Source: Anthoceros angustus (lineage: Eukaryota > Plantae > Anthocerotophyta). From it: 64,000 bases of DNA. Each line of letters begins with the position of its first letter. Within the stretch, counting starts at the first letter, position 1. Where the stretch lies: assembly GCA_010909165.1 (NCBI GenBank), contig MU008199.1:204248-268247 (forward strand), read 5' to 3'. This document shows positions 1 through 11,845 of the stretch, one piece after another. Under the pieces are notes generated by a model that saw only the letters and a program-made list of their open reading frames with translations, was not told the origin of the DNA and did not search any database. A program made the translations under genes and the position numbers.

Positions 1-80
1 GTGGACACGGCCAGCGAATGCAGTATGCAGTAATGCACTGCGACTGCTGAAAATATCATATTTATGGAGCCGGTTATTGA

Positions 81-130
81 GGAGCCGGGAATCTGATTTC
101 CGGGAGCCGGGAATCGGATTTCCGGGAGCC
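81..130. repeat. 22-bp tandem repeat GGAGCCGGGAATC(T/G)GATTTCCG, two copies plus a partial third
   Basis: Units at 81-102 and 103-124 differ by one base; GGAGCC restarts at 125. Confidence 0.8.
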
Positions 131-185
131 TGGCTATAACAAACAAGGCATCTGATTATCGAGGCCGAAAACAAAATAAATGATT

Positions 186-990
186 GGGCCTGGCAGGGAC
201 GCTTGCCAGGCCTGGCTCATGACAAACAAGGCGACATGATTGCCGGATTAGGAGCCCGAGGAGGTGGAGTTATTGTACAGGCGCGACTGCCGAGGGCACC
301 TGGCCCTGGCCACTGGGCCTGGAAACGGAACGGGACGCGGTCACGGACCCCGTGCGCGGGCCGGGCCGTATACGCACGATAGGTTCGCACGTGCGGGGAA
401 AGCTTTATGTGTGGTCGTAGCGCAGTTGGTGCATGTGTGCGTCTGGGAACGAAATGATAGCGAGTTCGAGTCCGGGGACTGGCTGAAAAAAGACGAATTG
501 GCCGTGTCGGGACCGCAAGTGTGGTGATCCGGAAAGCCCCACTCTGACGGCTTTGCCAGAGCTGCACGATTCGGGTGGTGTATCATATTTCCGGGTTTAA
601 GAATATCTCTACAGGCGACAAAAGGCCTCCCAAGTTCCCGCCCTTAGAGCCCTGCCACCGGGAACGGGAGCGGGTGCGCAGGGACCTGACCGGTCAGGGG
701 CCAGCGGTCACCGCTGCTGATTATGAGAGTTTAACGGTCCAACGAGTGTGAACCGTCGCGGGCGTTGGAGTTGGACGGTAACCGGGCCGGGTACCGGGTA
801 CTGGGTACATATGTAGTTATGAAGACCGCGGTTACCTACCGTCGGGAGCAGTGATGAGAGGCATGCTCTCTTGGCCCGCCATTAAGGCGACCCGAATCAC
901 TAAAATCGGTCTGCCGCCGAACCGGGGGCCCGGGAGCCCGGGGGACCGGGCCCGGGGCCCGGGCAACAGGCGATACGGGAATACATAAGG
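186..990. repeat. GC-rich region of short palindromic and degenerate motifs (CCGGG, GGGCCC, GGAACGGGA); possible non-autonomous DNA transposon remnant
   Basis: Hairpin GCCTGGCA..TGCCAGGC near 188-210, a CCGGG/GGTACC cluster at 780-810 and a GGGCCCGGG cluster at 925-963. No recognisable protein. Confidence 0.3.
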
Positions 991-1918
991 GCGAAACGGG
1001 CCCGGTTGTGACGGGATACGGAGCGGTTTTTCGCGGTGAGCATCATGAGATCATGTGATATCCGGATTGGATGGATGGGGTAGAGGGTACATCGATCCGG
1101 GGAGTTTATGTGGACGATCTCATGAAGGGAAGTGTGAGATTGTGAGATAGTGTACGCTGTTGGCCTTAGAGGCAGGCAGGGGCATCCGATTCGTCTCATG
1201 ATGGGTCGACGGTACCGGGTAGAATACTGCAACCAGGTCTTATGTTGCGAGGGTTTTCCGACACGATCTGCTGTGGAGGTTTTTTGGGTTTCGAGGTTGC
1301 TTTCCTGGGCATTCTTTGTTTAGGTGTACGATTTGTTCCGTTTGTGTGGAGATATGGCCCAGGAAGCTTGCTCCATGTTGCGGGTGGGATTTTGTGATGT
1401 AAGCCATGTCGAAACGGTGTCGAAAAGTCCATTGGATGACTACTTGCTGATGCGGCAGCAGGGCAGCCCGTCAGATATTGTTTGGCCGTTAGGAACGCAA
1501 GCCATGGCCCCTGACAGTATGATCGGTTTACATATGGACCTACGATGCTACATGTCTAGTCTGGAGCTCAGATCATCAGGAACTGCGGTCCAGGACCTGG
1601 GGCAGTCGATGGTCTCTGCTCAACCTGCAGCGACGCACGTCTGTGCATGCATATGATTAGCTTGTGTTTCCAGGGAGGAGGTGGTGACTCGTACTTACAC
1701 ATGTGCAACCTTATGGACGGGAAGGATGCTGTACAACCCAACAGATTGGAGATGAGGAAGATAAGACCAACCCACTTGGTTGGTGGGTTCCAGGGATAAG
1801 GATGGGTAGGTCTGGCCGAAGCACGGGCTCAGAAAGGGCTTTCCTTTGTTTGGATGTCCTACCGATGGCAACAAATGTGGACTGTGTTTGCCAATTGTCA
1901 CTGCTACTATCTACAAGA

Positions 1919-3293
1919 CTAGTCACAGAATAATGTGTCTCTGGTTGCGTTGCCAGTCACTGGATTGACCCTGCACATGGAGTTGACACCCAACATTTAA
2001 ACAACATCCCCTCCCTTTTAGTCACAAGGCAGCGAATGCACCGACCCATCTCAGAGCTTACCCCGCTGCAACTTGGCATAGATATGCCTTCTGGTCTTCC
2101 CTCCAGTACACATCTGTGAAGTCTGAGAAGCCCAACACATGATTTGTCAGCTCTTCCTCCAGCTCAATTCATTTAGCAGCTACCAAGGGACTCTGGCCGA
2201 AAGCAAGTGAACAAACAGGCACAACCTGCACCAGTGATGTTGGAATTCTTAAATGAGGTGTTGCCTGTTACAAGTGCCCCTTCCAGGATGGCATTGGACA
2301 GGTTTGCCTGCGCAAGATGGGCACTTGGTGAACAGGTTTTGCCAATATGCCTGAAACTGGAAGAACACACATATGGTTGCCTATGACGGTTTGTTACCTT
2401 TTGAACTTGTGCCAGAGAGAAGTCGGCACCCCGAAGATCAGCATCAGAGAGATCGGCGCCTACACACACACACAGAAAAGTGTTGAGAGGTCAAATCTTT
2501 GACGTCTGTTCATCACGCAAAATGCGTACCAAAAGGCCCTCCCCTGCGTGGCACCTGTCAAGTCTGCATCAAAGAAGCTGGCACCCAGTAGCTTTGCGCC
2601 CTTGAAGTTTGCTTGTCGTAGTATTGACTGGCAAAGCATACCACCATTCATTACCCCGGTCACATTGTGGCCATCTAGCTATCCAACTGCACCTCAGCGT
2701 ACCGTCTTGAAATCTTGCTTTATGAGAGTTTTACCACTGAAATCCTGTCCGCTCAGGTCTTGACCCCGAGTGACCTGAATGCCATACGGTCCACCTCCCT
2801 GCCATCCACCGAGGTGGTCACATTGGAAGTCCAGGAAGGAGATAACAAACCACCATCCCGACCCCATACGATAGTGAACCTTGTAAGCCAGAGCTGGATC
2901 CGTGTAGCAAAGGGCTGCAGCAGCAAGTGCAACAAGGCCTGCTCGGCTCCACCCTCCGACATTCCAGCTGCCCTCCTTCTGCTCCACCACCCGGGTTCAG
3001 GGACGACATGAATAAGCAACCGACATGCCACATGAAGCTGAATCGGGTGAGCCTGGCCAGACACAAACCTGATGGCAAACATCTCTGTCGGGTGACTGCA
3101 CTTGCGATTCCAATTCAGATGGCACAGCCTCGTCATTTGAGCAGGGCACATCCGCACGACCTAAATCCAAATGTGCCCTTGATGAGCAGGCAAGGGTCCT
3201 ACGATGAACAGAACGTCCGACATGGGCACGTTCGCCAAGGAGGGAAGGTGGGCGCAGGGAAGCCTGGAGGTGGAGGATCGGAATAGAAGCCAT
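1919..3293 (-). CDS. TL15: Thylakoid lumenal 15 kDa pentapeptide-repeat protein (multi-exon, with transit peptide)
   Basis: Exons translate to MASIPILHLQ...DPALAYK|GGGPYGIQVTRGQDLSGQDFSGKTLIKQDFKT|SILRQANFKGAKLLGASFFDADLTG|ADLSDADLRGADFSLA...GNTSFKNSNITGA|DFTDVYWREDQKAYLCQVAAG|VNPVTGNATRDTLFCD*. This matches the At2g44920-type sequence as recalled. ATG at 3293, TAG at 1919-1921. Confidence 0.9.
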
Positions 3294-3484
3294 GCTTAAT
3301 GCTATGTATGTCGGCACAGCTCAAATCTTCCTGTTTGGATATGAAGGGTTGACGATGCGTTTTTTTGAACCCAGTGTAACAATGTAAGAGTGTAACGGGG
3401 TAGCTAAATCCGAAGACCAGCTTCCGCTTGGACCGCCGCGTCTAAAACGTTCACGAGTGAAGCACTCTTCGCAGCGCCTGCGCC
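3294..3484. promoter_or_regulatory. Probable bidirectional promoter shared by TL15 and RPB8
   Basis: The two divergent start codons are only about 190 bp apart. Confidence 0.55.
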
Positions 3485-4233
3485 ATGGCAGACACCATCC
3501 TGTTCGAAGACATTTTCACCATCAATGCGCTGGACCCGGAGGGCAAGAAATTCGACAAAGGTTAGTTCGTCTGCTCTCGCACATGTGTTGTCCACAAGCA
3601 ACCCAGCTCGTTTCCTCAGCGGTGACTGACTTGCTTCCTTCCTGGGTGCAACAGTTTCAAGAATTGTGGCGCACAGCGAGCAATTCGACATGGACCTGAC
3701 TTTGGACGTGAACGTGGACATCTACCCCCTTGCTGTGGAGGACAAATTCACCATGGCTCTGGCATCAACGCTCAGTCTCGATGGAACAGAGGATAACACC
3801 GTTTTCGATCAGGTCTCACCTCCATAACTCGACAAACCTCCTTCCCCGTTCATGTAGCCTTGCTGAGACACCGAACTGTGTGTCTGTCTGCATTGCAGAG
3901 TGGCAGGAAATCTTTGGCTGACAAGTACGAGTATGTCATGTATGGCAAGCTTTACAAGTACGCCGAGGATGAGAGCAGTGGCCTGCACAAAGTGTATCCT
4001 ACCACACATCTTCTGAAATTAGGGCAGTGTAGACCAGACATGCTTTGGCTCTTCTGGTGTGGCCTTCCTTGACACTGGCCGTGTTCAGAGAGGTGTATGT
4101 CTCATACGGAGGCCTGTTGATGAAGCTGAAGGGGGACCCCAACAATTTGAACTCCTTGCAGGTAGACCAGCGCCTGTACCTGCTAATGCGCAAGGTGGGT
4201 GGTGCACCCCAGAAATCGAAGAAGAAGTTGTAG
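3485..4233 (+). CDS. NRPB8: RNA polymerase I/II/III shared subunit RPB8 (RPABC3), multi-exon
   Basis: [25 protein letters not shown]...[15 protein letters not shown]...[20 protein letters not shown]...[19 protein letters not shown]...LYLLMRK. The 3' end is ambiguous (see findings). Confidence 0.92.
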
Positions 4234-4380
4234 GCAGCTGCACTTACGTTGCCTTTCCCCGGAAATCTGGTCTTTGCCTTGTTAAGTTTATGGCAGGCTA
4301 TGAAGTTGTAGGCAGCTGCACTTAGCTTGCCTTTCCCCGGAAATCTGGTCTTTGCCTTGTTAAGTTTATGGCAGGCTATG
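4224..4380. repeat. 78-bp tandem duplication overlapping the RPB8 stop region
   Basis: GAAGTTGTAGGCAGCTGCACTTA(CG/GC)TTGCC...GGCAGGCTAT starts at 4224 and 4302; only a CG/GC swap differs. Confidence 0.9.
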
Positions 4381-4651
4381 TACAGGGGCAGTGGACATTG
4401 GTGCTGCTGGTCTGTTTGCTCCAACAGGAGACGAACACTGTCCTCTTCTCAGTCCTCTGTTCCCCTCGATCATGCTCTACTGTGAACTGTATGTAGCAGA
4501 CTATAGACAGGTTAGAGCAGGAAGGACTCCACAGGTCGGTCACAAGATTGGGGATAGGAACAGTGCAATTGGGCGATACTCTAAGGAGAAATCGAATTAT
4601 GTATCTGACGATGCATGGTAACCCATTCAAACGTTCAAACGTTGCACCAGG

Positions 4652-4661
4652 TTCCCGCCAA
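4652..4661 (+). promoter_or_regulatory. E2F-like site upstream of RFC1
   Basis: TTCCCGCCAA about 130 bp before the RFC1 ATG; near match to the TTTCCCGCC consensus. Replication genes are typical E2F targets. Confidence 0.3.
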
Positions 4662-4787
4662 TGTAATAGCATGTCCGTGTCCTCGGGTCGTCTGCCTGAG
4701 CAAAGTGTGTCGCGCCGGCTACGCCTACCGGGTTGAAGGTGGGCGGCCTTGGCGTACAGGGAGGCTGCGATCGAGCGAGCGAGAACG

Positions 4788-7700
4788 ATGGATATCCGAA
4801 AGTTCTTCGGGAAGGTAGTGGTACAATCTGCCCCTGCTGTTGCACCAGATGTTGGCAAGCTCGAGAGTGGGCAGATCGATACCGGCGGCTCTGCCATTGT
4901 TCGTGCACCTTACGCTAAGAAGTCGCCATTCTTCGAGCGGAAAGCGTCTCCTCCGAAAAGGGCGCTTGCGGAAGGCTCGTCCACGGTCAATGTTGAACAG
5001 GTATGGTGGAACTTCATCCGAGCTGAGTTGCTATTGCTCCCAGTAGCTGAATTGGTGTTAGCATTTGCGGTTGAAGGTTTCTCTTCGATGACGACTGTGA
5101 GAAACCTGCTGCAATGGGGCTGCGGGTGTGCAGAATCCAGCACTGAAGAGAGCAAAGTTGCTCACAGATGCGGTTCACAAGGGACCCTTGCCATCCGATG
5201 AGTTCATAGGAGCTCATAAGGGTGATCACCTCTTCAGTTCACCGCAGCTTGGTCAAAAGGCACCGGTTGGTGGATCTGCCACTGGCATTTCAAAGGCAGA
5301 TACTGCCCATGGAGCTGCTGCGGTGCCTTCTGTTCATGTCAGATCTATGGAGGGTGCTCTCGCTGCCTGTGCCCTCAAGGGTAAGGAAAGATGTAGCATT
5401 GATGCTTCGAAATATGATTTATGGACAGAGAAGCACAAGCCACGGTCGTCAGCTGATCTTGTTGGAAACCAGCAGATGGTATGCCTACTCCCTGCTTATT
5501 CTGTGTCAATTGAGCCTCCGTTGTATGCCATTGATGATGTGGTTGGCTTCTGCGCACACAGGTCTTTCGGTTGCGGGAATGGCTGTCCAGGTGGGAAAGT
5601 GCTTTCTCTGGCAGACCTCAATTTGGTGCCAGCAGTAAGACCAAGGGGAGGCCCAGTGAAGAGCCAAAGAAAGCTGCCTTGCTTTGTGGGCCACCTGGTA
5701 TTGGTAAGACAAGTACGGCCTCTATTGTCAGCAGAGAACTGGGATTTCAGATAATCGAGGTGAGTCGTGGCCACCTACAGATTGCTTGGTGGCTGGTGTC
5801 TTACTGTTTGATTGACTGTTAAGCTGAGGGATATAATTGGTTTGAAGGTGAACGCCAGTGATGCAAGAGGCAAGGCGGATAACGATGTGAAGCATGGTGT
5901 TGTTGGAAGAACAAGCAACATGATTAAGGAGCTTGTCACAAACCAATGTGTGGACAGCACATTCGACATATCAGCACCTCACAAGAAGATGGTGCTCCTT
6001 ATGGATGAAGTGGATGGGATGTCATCAGGTGATCGTGGTGGTGTGCAAGATCTGATAAAGTCCATCCAGAAAAGCAAAATACCCATCATCTGCATTTGTA
6101 ATGACAAGTATGACCGAAAAATTCAGTCTTTACTCAATCACTGCATGGAGCTCCATTTCCAAAAGCCTGCTAAAAATGAGGTAAAATATGTGCTGTATTG
6201 TGGTTCCTCATTCTGATAAGACAGTCCAGAATGTCGCTGATCGAAGCTCTTCCCACTGTTAGCTTTTGAAGTGCATAGGCATGAGGCTGATTTAAGATGT
6301 TTGTGTGTTCACAAGGTGTTGAAGAGGTTGACCGGCATCGTGAGAAAGGAATCTCTGCAGTGCGATGATGTAATGCACCCTGGGACAGTACCAGAGTTGT
6401 GCACTGGCATGCTGCTGCACGTAGTTCTTATAAAACAAAATGCTAAGAAAGCTCAACTGACTATTGATGTCCTGTTTCAGAGAGCTCTGGAGGCGCTTCT
6501 GGAGACAGTTCAGTACGACATTCGTCTTGCTCTCAATGAGCTCCAGGTGAGAGGCACGTACAAGTTGCTCTTCAGCTTCAGGAAATGTTATGTCTTTTTG
6601 GTCTCTAGCATCAGTCTTTGTTCCATGTAACGGAGAGCCAAAACGACATCTCATCAAGCAACTCTTGCTGTTCCTCTTTCAGTATAGTTCCCATGGAGGA
6701 AAGTTAGACACGCGCAATGTGTTCCAGACTCAGGCGGGAGCTACAATGAAGGATGCTGCCATGACTCCATTTACGGCTGCAGATAGGTGATCCGATGATG
6801 GACTCCTTGTGCCCTTTCTATTTTATCGGCCTGACCACAGGCTGCTGCTGATACCCCCCAAGGGATGCTGGGCCAATGCAATAAGACTGGTCCCTTCTGT
6901 TTATTAGGCTGCTTGCTCGTGCTGGGAGGGCTCCTTTATCCTTGAACGAGCAGATTGATCTCGTCTTTCACGATTCAGATCTTGTGCCCTTGATCATCCA
7001 GGTAATTACATCACTCTGTAAGCTGTTTGGTTGTTCTGGTTTTCATATTACTGTGGAAGACTTTGTTAGCTAACCCACTTCACCTGATGCAGGAAAACTA
7101 CTTAAACTTTTCCCCTGTTGGAGAGCGACGGGAGGATGTGCGGATGAACCTGATTGCTCAAGCTGCAGACTCTTTGTCCACTGGAGATATCGTTAACCGA
7201 ACTATTCGTCAACATCAAAGATGGGAGCTTATGCCTCTTGCCTGCGTCGAATCAGCTGTGACTTGGTAAGTTCTCTTCTATGTTTGCTGTTGAGTTTAGA
7301 GACACCTGCAACAACTCCAGGGCAGTGCCGAGAGACACTCACCCTTCTTTGCATGGGCCTGCAGTTCTGCTCTGGTGCGAGGTGTACGGCAACCCTTCTT
7401 TCCTGTAAGCCTTTCGCAGAACTCAGAAAGTGTGACTCTGGCTCACATTCTCTGGTTTGTCTGAAAAGAACATCCTCCTATGCACCACAGGGTGAGCGTA
7501 ACTTCAACAGGTTCTCAGGATGGCTGGGCAAGAACTCCACTGCAGGGAAGAATAGCAGGTTGCTGGCGGAGTTGCAGCTACACCTTCTTGTGTCGGGGAA
7601 CTGCCCTGCTAGTCGGTATGTTTCTTCACGCAGATCTGGCAGGCTGTTCTGGTGTGCTTCTTGGAGCTGAAAGTTGGTGTCTGAACTGCAGGAGTGCCGT

Positions 7701-8476
7701 AAGACTGGACTATTTGCAACAGTTTAGTCAGTTCCTGGCAGTGCCCCTCAAGGAAAAAGACAAGGTAATGCAATCACGAGTTCGTCCATTTTATAGCACA
7801 TCCAGCCATAAGGAAGCATCGATAAAATTGTGACTGCTTGGTCAGGCGGGGGTGGAAGACGTCATACAATTTATGGACGAGTACTGCCTCACTCGCGAAG
7901 ACCGTGATGCCATAATGGAAATGTCTCAAGTGAAGGTGAGCTGGAAACTTTGGATTCCATGCCTGTGAACCGTGTAGAAATTTCAGCAGATTGAATTGGT
8001 CCCAATTGCTTCTGCAGGGCTTCAAGAATATACTGGACGGTATTCCAGCTCAGGTGAAAGCAACATTTACAAGGATGTTTAACCAGACGTCAAGTGATCG
8101 TGTGATCAAGTCCAGTGTTATGCTACCTGAGGCCAAGGGCAAGGGTAATCAAGTTCCATTATTTCCGACATTGCCCTTGGACACAGTCGACGGTCCTGTT
8201 ACTGGTACGTGGTTAACTGCAGCACCCTAAACATCTCTTGCAGTTGCGTTGGTCTTCACAACTACTTTACTGATGTCTGAGAGATGGGCAGACGATAATG
8301 GGGATGAGACGCTGGACGAGGAAAATATTGAGGCTGAAGGTCCCGACGCTGTGATTCCTGGTGTGACTAAACGGCTTGCAAGTCAGCGGCAAAATGATGG
8401 CAAGAAGAACTTCAAAAGGGATCTACCATCGAAGAGTAGGGGCAGAGGCCCCAACAAACGAGGGAGAGCCAGATGA
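4788..8476 (+). CDS. RFC1: Replication factor C large subunit (RFC1), multi-exon, no BRCT domain visible
   Basis: N-terminal MDIRKFF motif, LWTEKHKP, Walker A GPPGIGKT, NASDARG, Walker B LLMDEVDGMS, PIICICND, FNRFSGWLGKNS and VKATFTRMFN C-terminal domain. Ends in a basic tail RGRGRGPNKRGRAR*. Confidence 0.92.
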
Positions 8477-8581
8477 CGAAACAACTTGAGGATGTTTGCA
8501 AAAGCGAGGGCCAGGAGATGTCACTCCTGTAAGATATTCTGCTTCGACTCTTCCAGAGGAGTACACTGCCCATTCCGTGTT

Positions 8582-10855
8582 CTAGAGTGGACTTGACAGT
8601 TGCCGGTGGAGCCAACTGTGGGCCTCCTCTGCCATTGTTTGGGACACGGAGTGGCCAACCCCTTTCTCTGCAACAAACTGCTAGCGTACGTGAGTGGGAC
8701 ATATCATCCACATGTGTTTAACTAGCGTGATGCAAGGCACAGGTGAGGTCGGACACCTTGAAGTGATGTGGCACCCCAGCTTCTCGGTACAAAGCTGCTG
8801 TTTTGGTAATGGCTTTCTCTAAACCATCCACTGGGCAACGTGGATCCTGCAACCCTGCATCGAAGGATCAGTCAGGCGAAGGTCAGGATAGACGAATGGT
8901 TCCAAGCATCCTTCCTTGAGAAAGTAGTGTTCAGAGCAAAGCACGACCATTCATAATGAGCAGCGGTCGGGGGGCTATTGCAGGCAATGTTTGCTCAACG
9001 TCAAACTTGTCCATTAATCCAGGTGCAATTCTTCGCCAGACCTGTATAAGAAAACCGATTATGTTCTCAAAGAAAGCTGTGATATCGCAGCACTGTGAAT
9101 TTCGTTCATAATCTGTGAGGGTCTCACAGCAGCCACTGTCTCGCCATCAACTTCTGATTTGCCGAGATCTTCACTTGCGACTGCCATTGCCAAAAAAATA
9201 GCCATCCAAAGTTAGAGCGCAATTTTTATGTCCCCCGCTTGGAAGACAAATCGACCTACTTCACCTCTGAAGACATGTGGAATTGTGGCAACCCGATCCT
9301 TCCATTGGTCATGTATAACAGCCCAACTGAAGCACTTGACAATGCATATTCTGGTCAAAAAGACTTGTGACATGGTCACCCCAAATTGAAGCAATCACGT
9401 GCAACAGATTGCCTAGGGTAGTTTATGTACCTGCACTCCTATGAGGCAAACAACTGCAGCAATCCGAGGGTCTGCAGCTGCTGCAAACCAGGCATGCATT
9501 CCTGAAAATGAATCCACACTTAGCATTTCCATTGTAACACAAAAGCCCTTCAGTGGCCTAGAGGAAGAGAGCCGGAACAATAGTGCAGCCTCACCCCCCA
9601 GTGAAATGCCGAGAACGCCAATCCGCTTTGAGCAAATGTCAGGTCTTCCAGTCAAGTAATCCATCAGTTTCATTAAATCCCAAACCTGGCATGTACCGGA
9701 CACAGGATCTATTACGCACCACAGCCCATAAACACGTATAGAAAACTTCCAGAGAGCTGTGCCAGTCAAATTAAGCACTCTGATCCGTACTGTATCGAAG
9801 ATGAAAGGCATTTCTTGACCTGTTTTCCAGGCTGAGATGAGAGCCTGCAGGAAGTATACTCGGAGCATCACAGTTTCAAAGGTTTCATCAAGGCAAGGCT
9901 ACCATCAAAAGCGAAATGACAAGAGATCCGAATTCGAGGTCGGGTGGATAAAACAGATTACGTCGGAATAAGAATGCACAGAATTCGCACGCTCTCCATG
10001 ATACCGGGAGTCAATAGCCACAGCAATGTATCCTCGTTCAGCAAATACCTGTTCAAGGCCACACCTGATAAGCACACCACTTACGTCCAGTTTCTGGATT
10101 GGAAATCCAAATCTTCCCTGTATGTCCTTACAGACCTTCATGTAAGCGCGCATGAGCTCCTTATCAGCACCTGTCCAATGCAAAAAGATCACAGCAGGCC
10201 TTGCTTTCGGAATTCCAGTTTCACCTTCACACTGACTTGGCCTCGGTGCCAGTATTAGCACTGGCAGATGTCCTTGCTCCCCCGCCTTGCAAAATTTTGC
10301 GACAAATCAGTATTTGCGGACCTGAATAGCCGACATACGATCTGAAGATGGAGCCCATACCTCCACATGCAGCAGCAGGTTTTCCTCCTGAAATTCCTCC
10401 TCTGATCCAGCAGATTCCTTTAACGCGGCCGATGCTCTCATCTGCTTGAGACAGGAGCAAGAGATCGGTTGATCTCAGTGTAGTAGGACCTTCTCCACTG
10501 AGCTGAGAGCAGATCTGTACAACGGGAAACGGGGAACACTCACGGTGGCCGTCCGTTCGGAAATGAACGCTTCTCGCTGGAGGAAGGGCTTGTCCGCATG
10601 CTTGGACGGAAGCAGTGAGAGGGGTACTGCACTAACAAAATTGAACAGTTTGTCCCCTTTCCTGCAGCTGCGATTTGGAACATACCGTCATGACAGCTTA
10701 CCAGCTTCTCCACGCCGACTAGCCAGAGTCTCAAGAAACTGCCTGCGCACTTCCTCGACCTCCTCATTTCTCCATGCTGCAACACCTTCTTCTGTGTGCT
10801 CCTGCAAGTGGATGTAAATTGTCCGGCCTTTCTTGAGCAAGACTTCGTCTACCAT
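8582..10855 (-). CDS. Alpha/beta-fold serine hydrolase (dienelactone hydrolase/esterase-like), multi-exon
   Basis: RPAVIFLH, GYIAVAIDSRYHGER, MPFIFDTVWDL, nucleophile elbow GISLGGMHAWFAAAAD, IAPRPLLIMNG, DPRCP and GVGH (Ser-Asp-His triad). Stop at 8582-8584. ATG at 10855 (MVDEVLL) is a best guess. Confidence 0.85.
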
Positions 10856-11016
10856 TGTCCAGATAAAACAACGAGAGATAGTACCATTCCTGCTTTCTCC
10901 TCTTCAGGTTTCACCACCAGCTGCAGCGAGGACTCAATCGCCAATTCCTTCCTACCGTGAGGACACGATGCTCACCAACCTCCACACTCCACCTGCATGA
11001 GTTTTCCGCCATGACT

Positions 11017-11106
11017 CAAGTCAAGTCAAGTTTGTTTTCAATCAAGTCCAAGTTTATGGATAACCAAGTCAAGTTTATTGATAACGAAGTAAATTTATTG
11101 ATAACT
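11017..11106. repeat. Short degenerate repeats (CAAGT)n and (AAGTTTATTGATAAC)x3 upstream of the hydrolase
   Basis: TCAAGTCAAGTCAAG followed by three related AAGT(T/A)(T/A)AT(G/T)GATAAC units. Confidence 0.55.
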
Positions 11107-11845
11107 TCTCGCGCTGATGAACTCGCTCACTTCGTGACTTGGACAGTCTGCCCACTCACTGGCGTGGACCCCACTTCTCGTATGAAATGGTTGATTTCAG
11201 TTTTTCCTCTCTCACAGGGGGCCTATCATTTTGATGATAATCAGCGGCTCAACTTGGGTGAACTGTGCCTCGGACATGGATGAAGATAGTGGCACTGAGT
11301 CATCTATTCTAAGGTCAGAGATCCTCTGTACGAAGAGAGTCACTTGGTGACTGCAAAACTGAAGTTTACAAGTGGTGCCTCAGCTGGAGGACGTTCAGTC
11401 TCCAAAACTTTAGCTTTTCATGCAATTCAAACAGTGGACGACAAGGAAATCGTCGTCCAGAGTATAAGAGCCAGCTAGTCAAATCTCAGATCCGGTGCAG
11501 CCTATATAGTCCCGCTTCTTCTGAGAATCCAAGTGTACAACCATAACATGCCTTGCGACAACCACCTACACAGGATAACAAGTGCAATATACCTTAGAAG
11601 AGGCAAACAATAGTCCTACATTAGGAATCCACGTATTCCAGTCTAAACAGAGTGAGTAACATCACAAACAAAAGCTGCACCAAACTTACCACGATAATGT
11701 AATCTGTGTGTGCGACATAACACTTCCTACAGCTCCTAAGTGTTCACGCAAAGAATGTCCCTTGTGATTCTTCCTGTTCACAACAGGCAACCGGTACGCT
11801 TATCTGAGCACAAATAATGGCTGACCTCGCCGGATGCTATTGATC

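Noticed and set aside
194-654. hAT element with CAGGG...CCCTG termini
   Set aside because: The flanking 8-mers (GGGCCTGG and CCACCGGG) do not form a TSD and the inverted match is only about 8 bp.
900-1933. Short ORFs upstream and downstream of TL15
   Set aside because: No recognisable domains or consistent splice structure.
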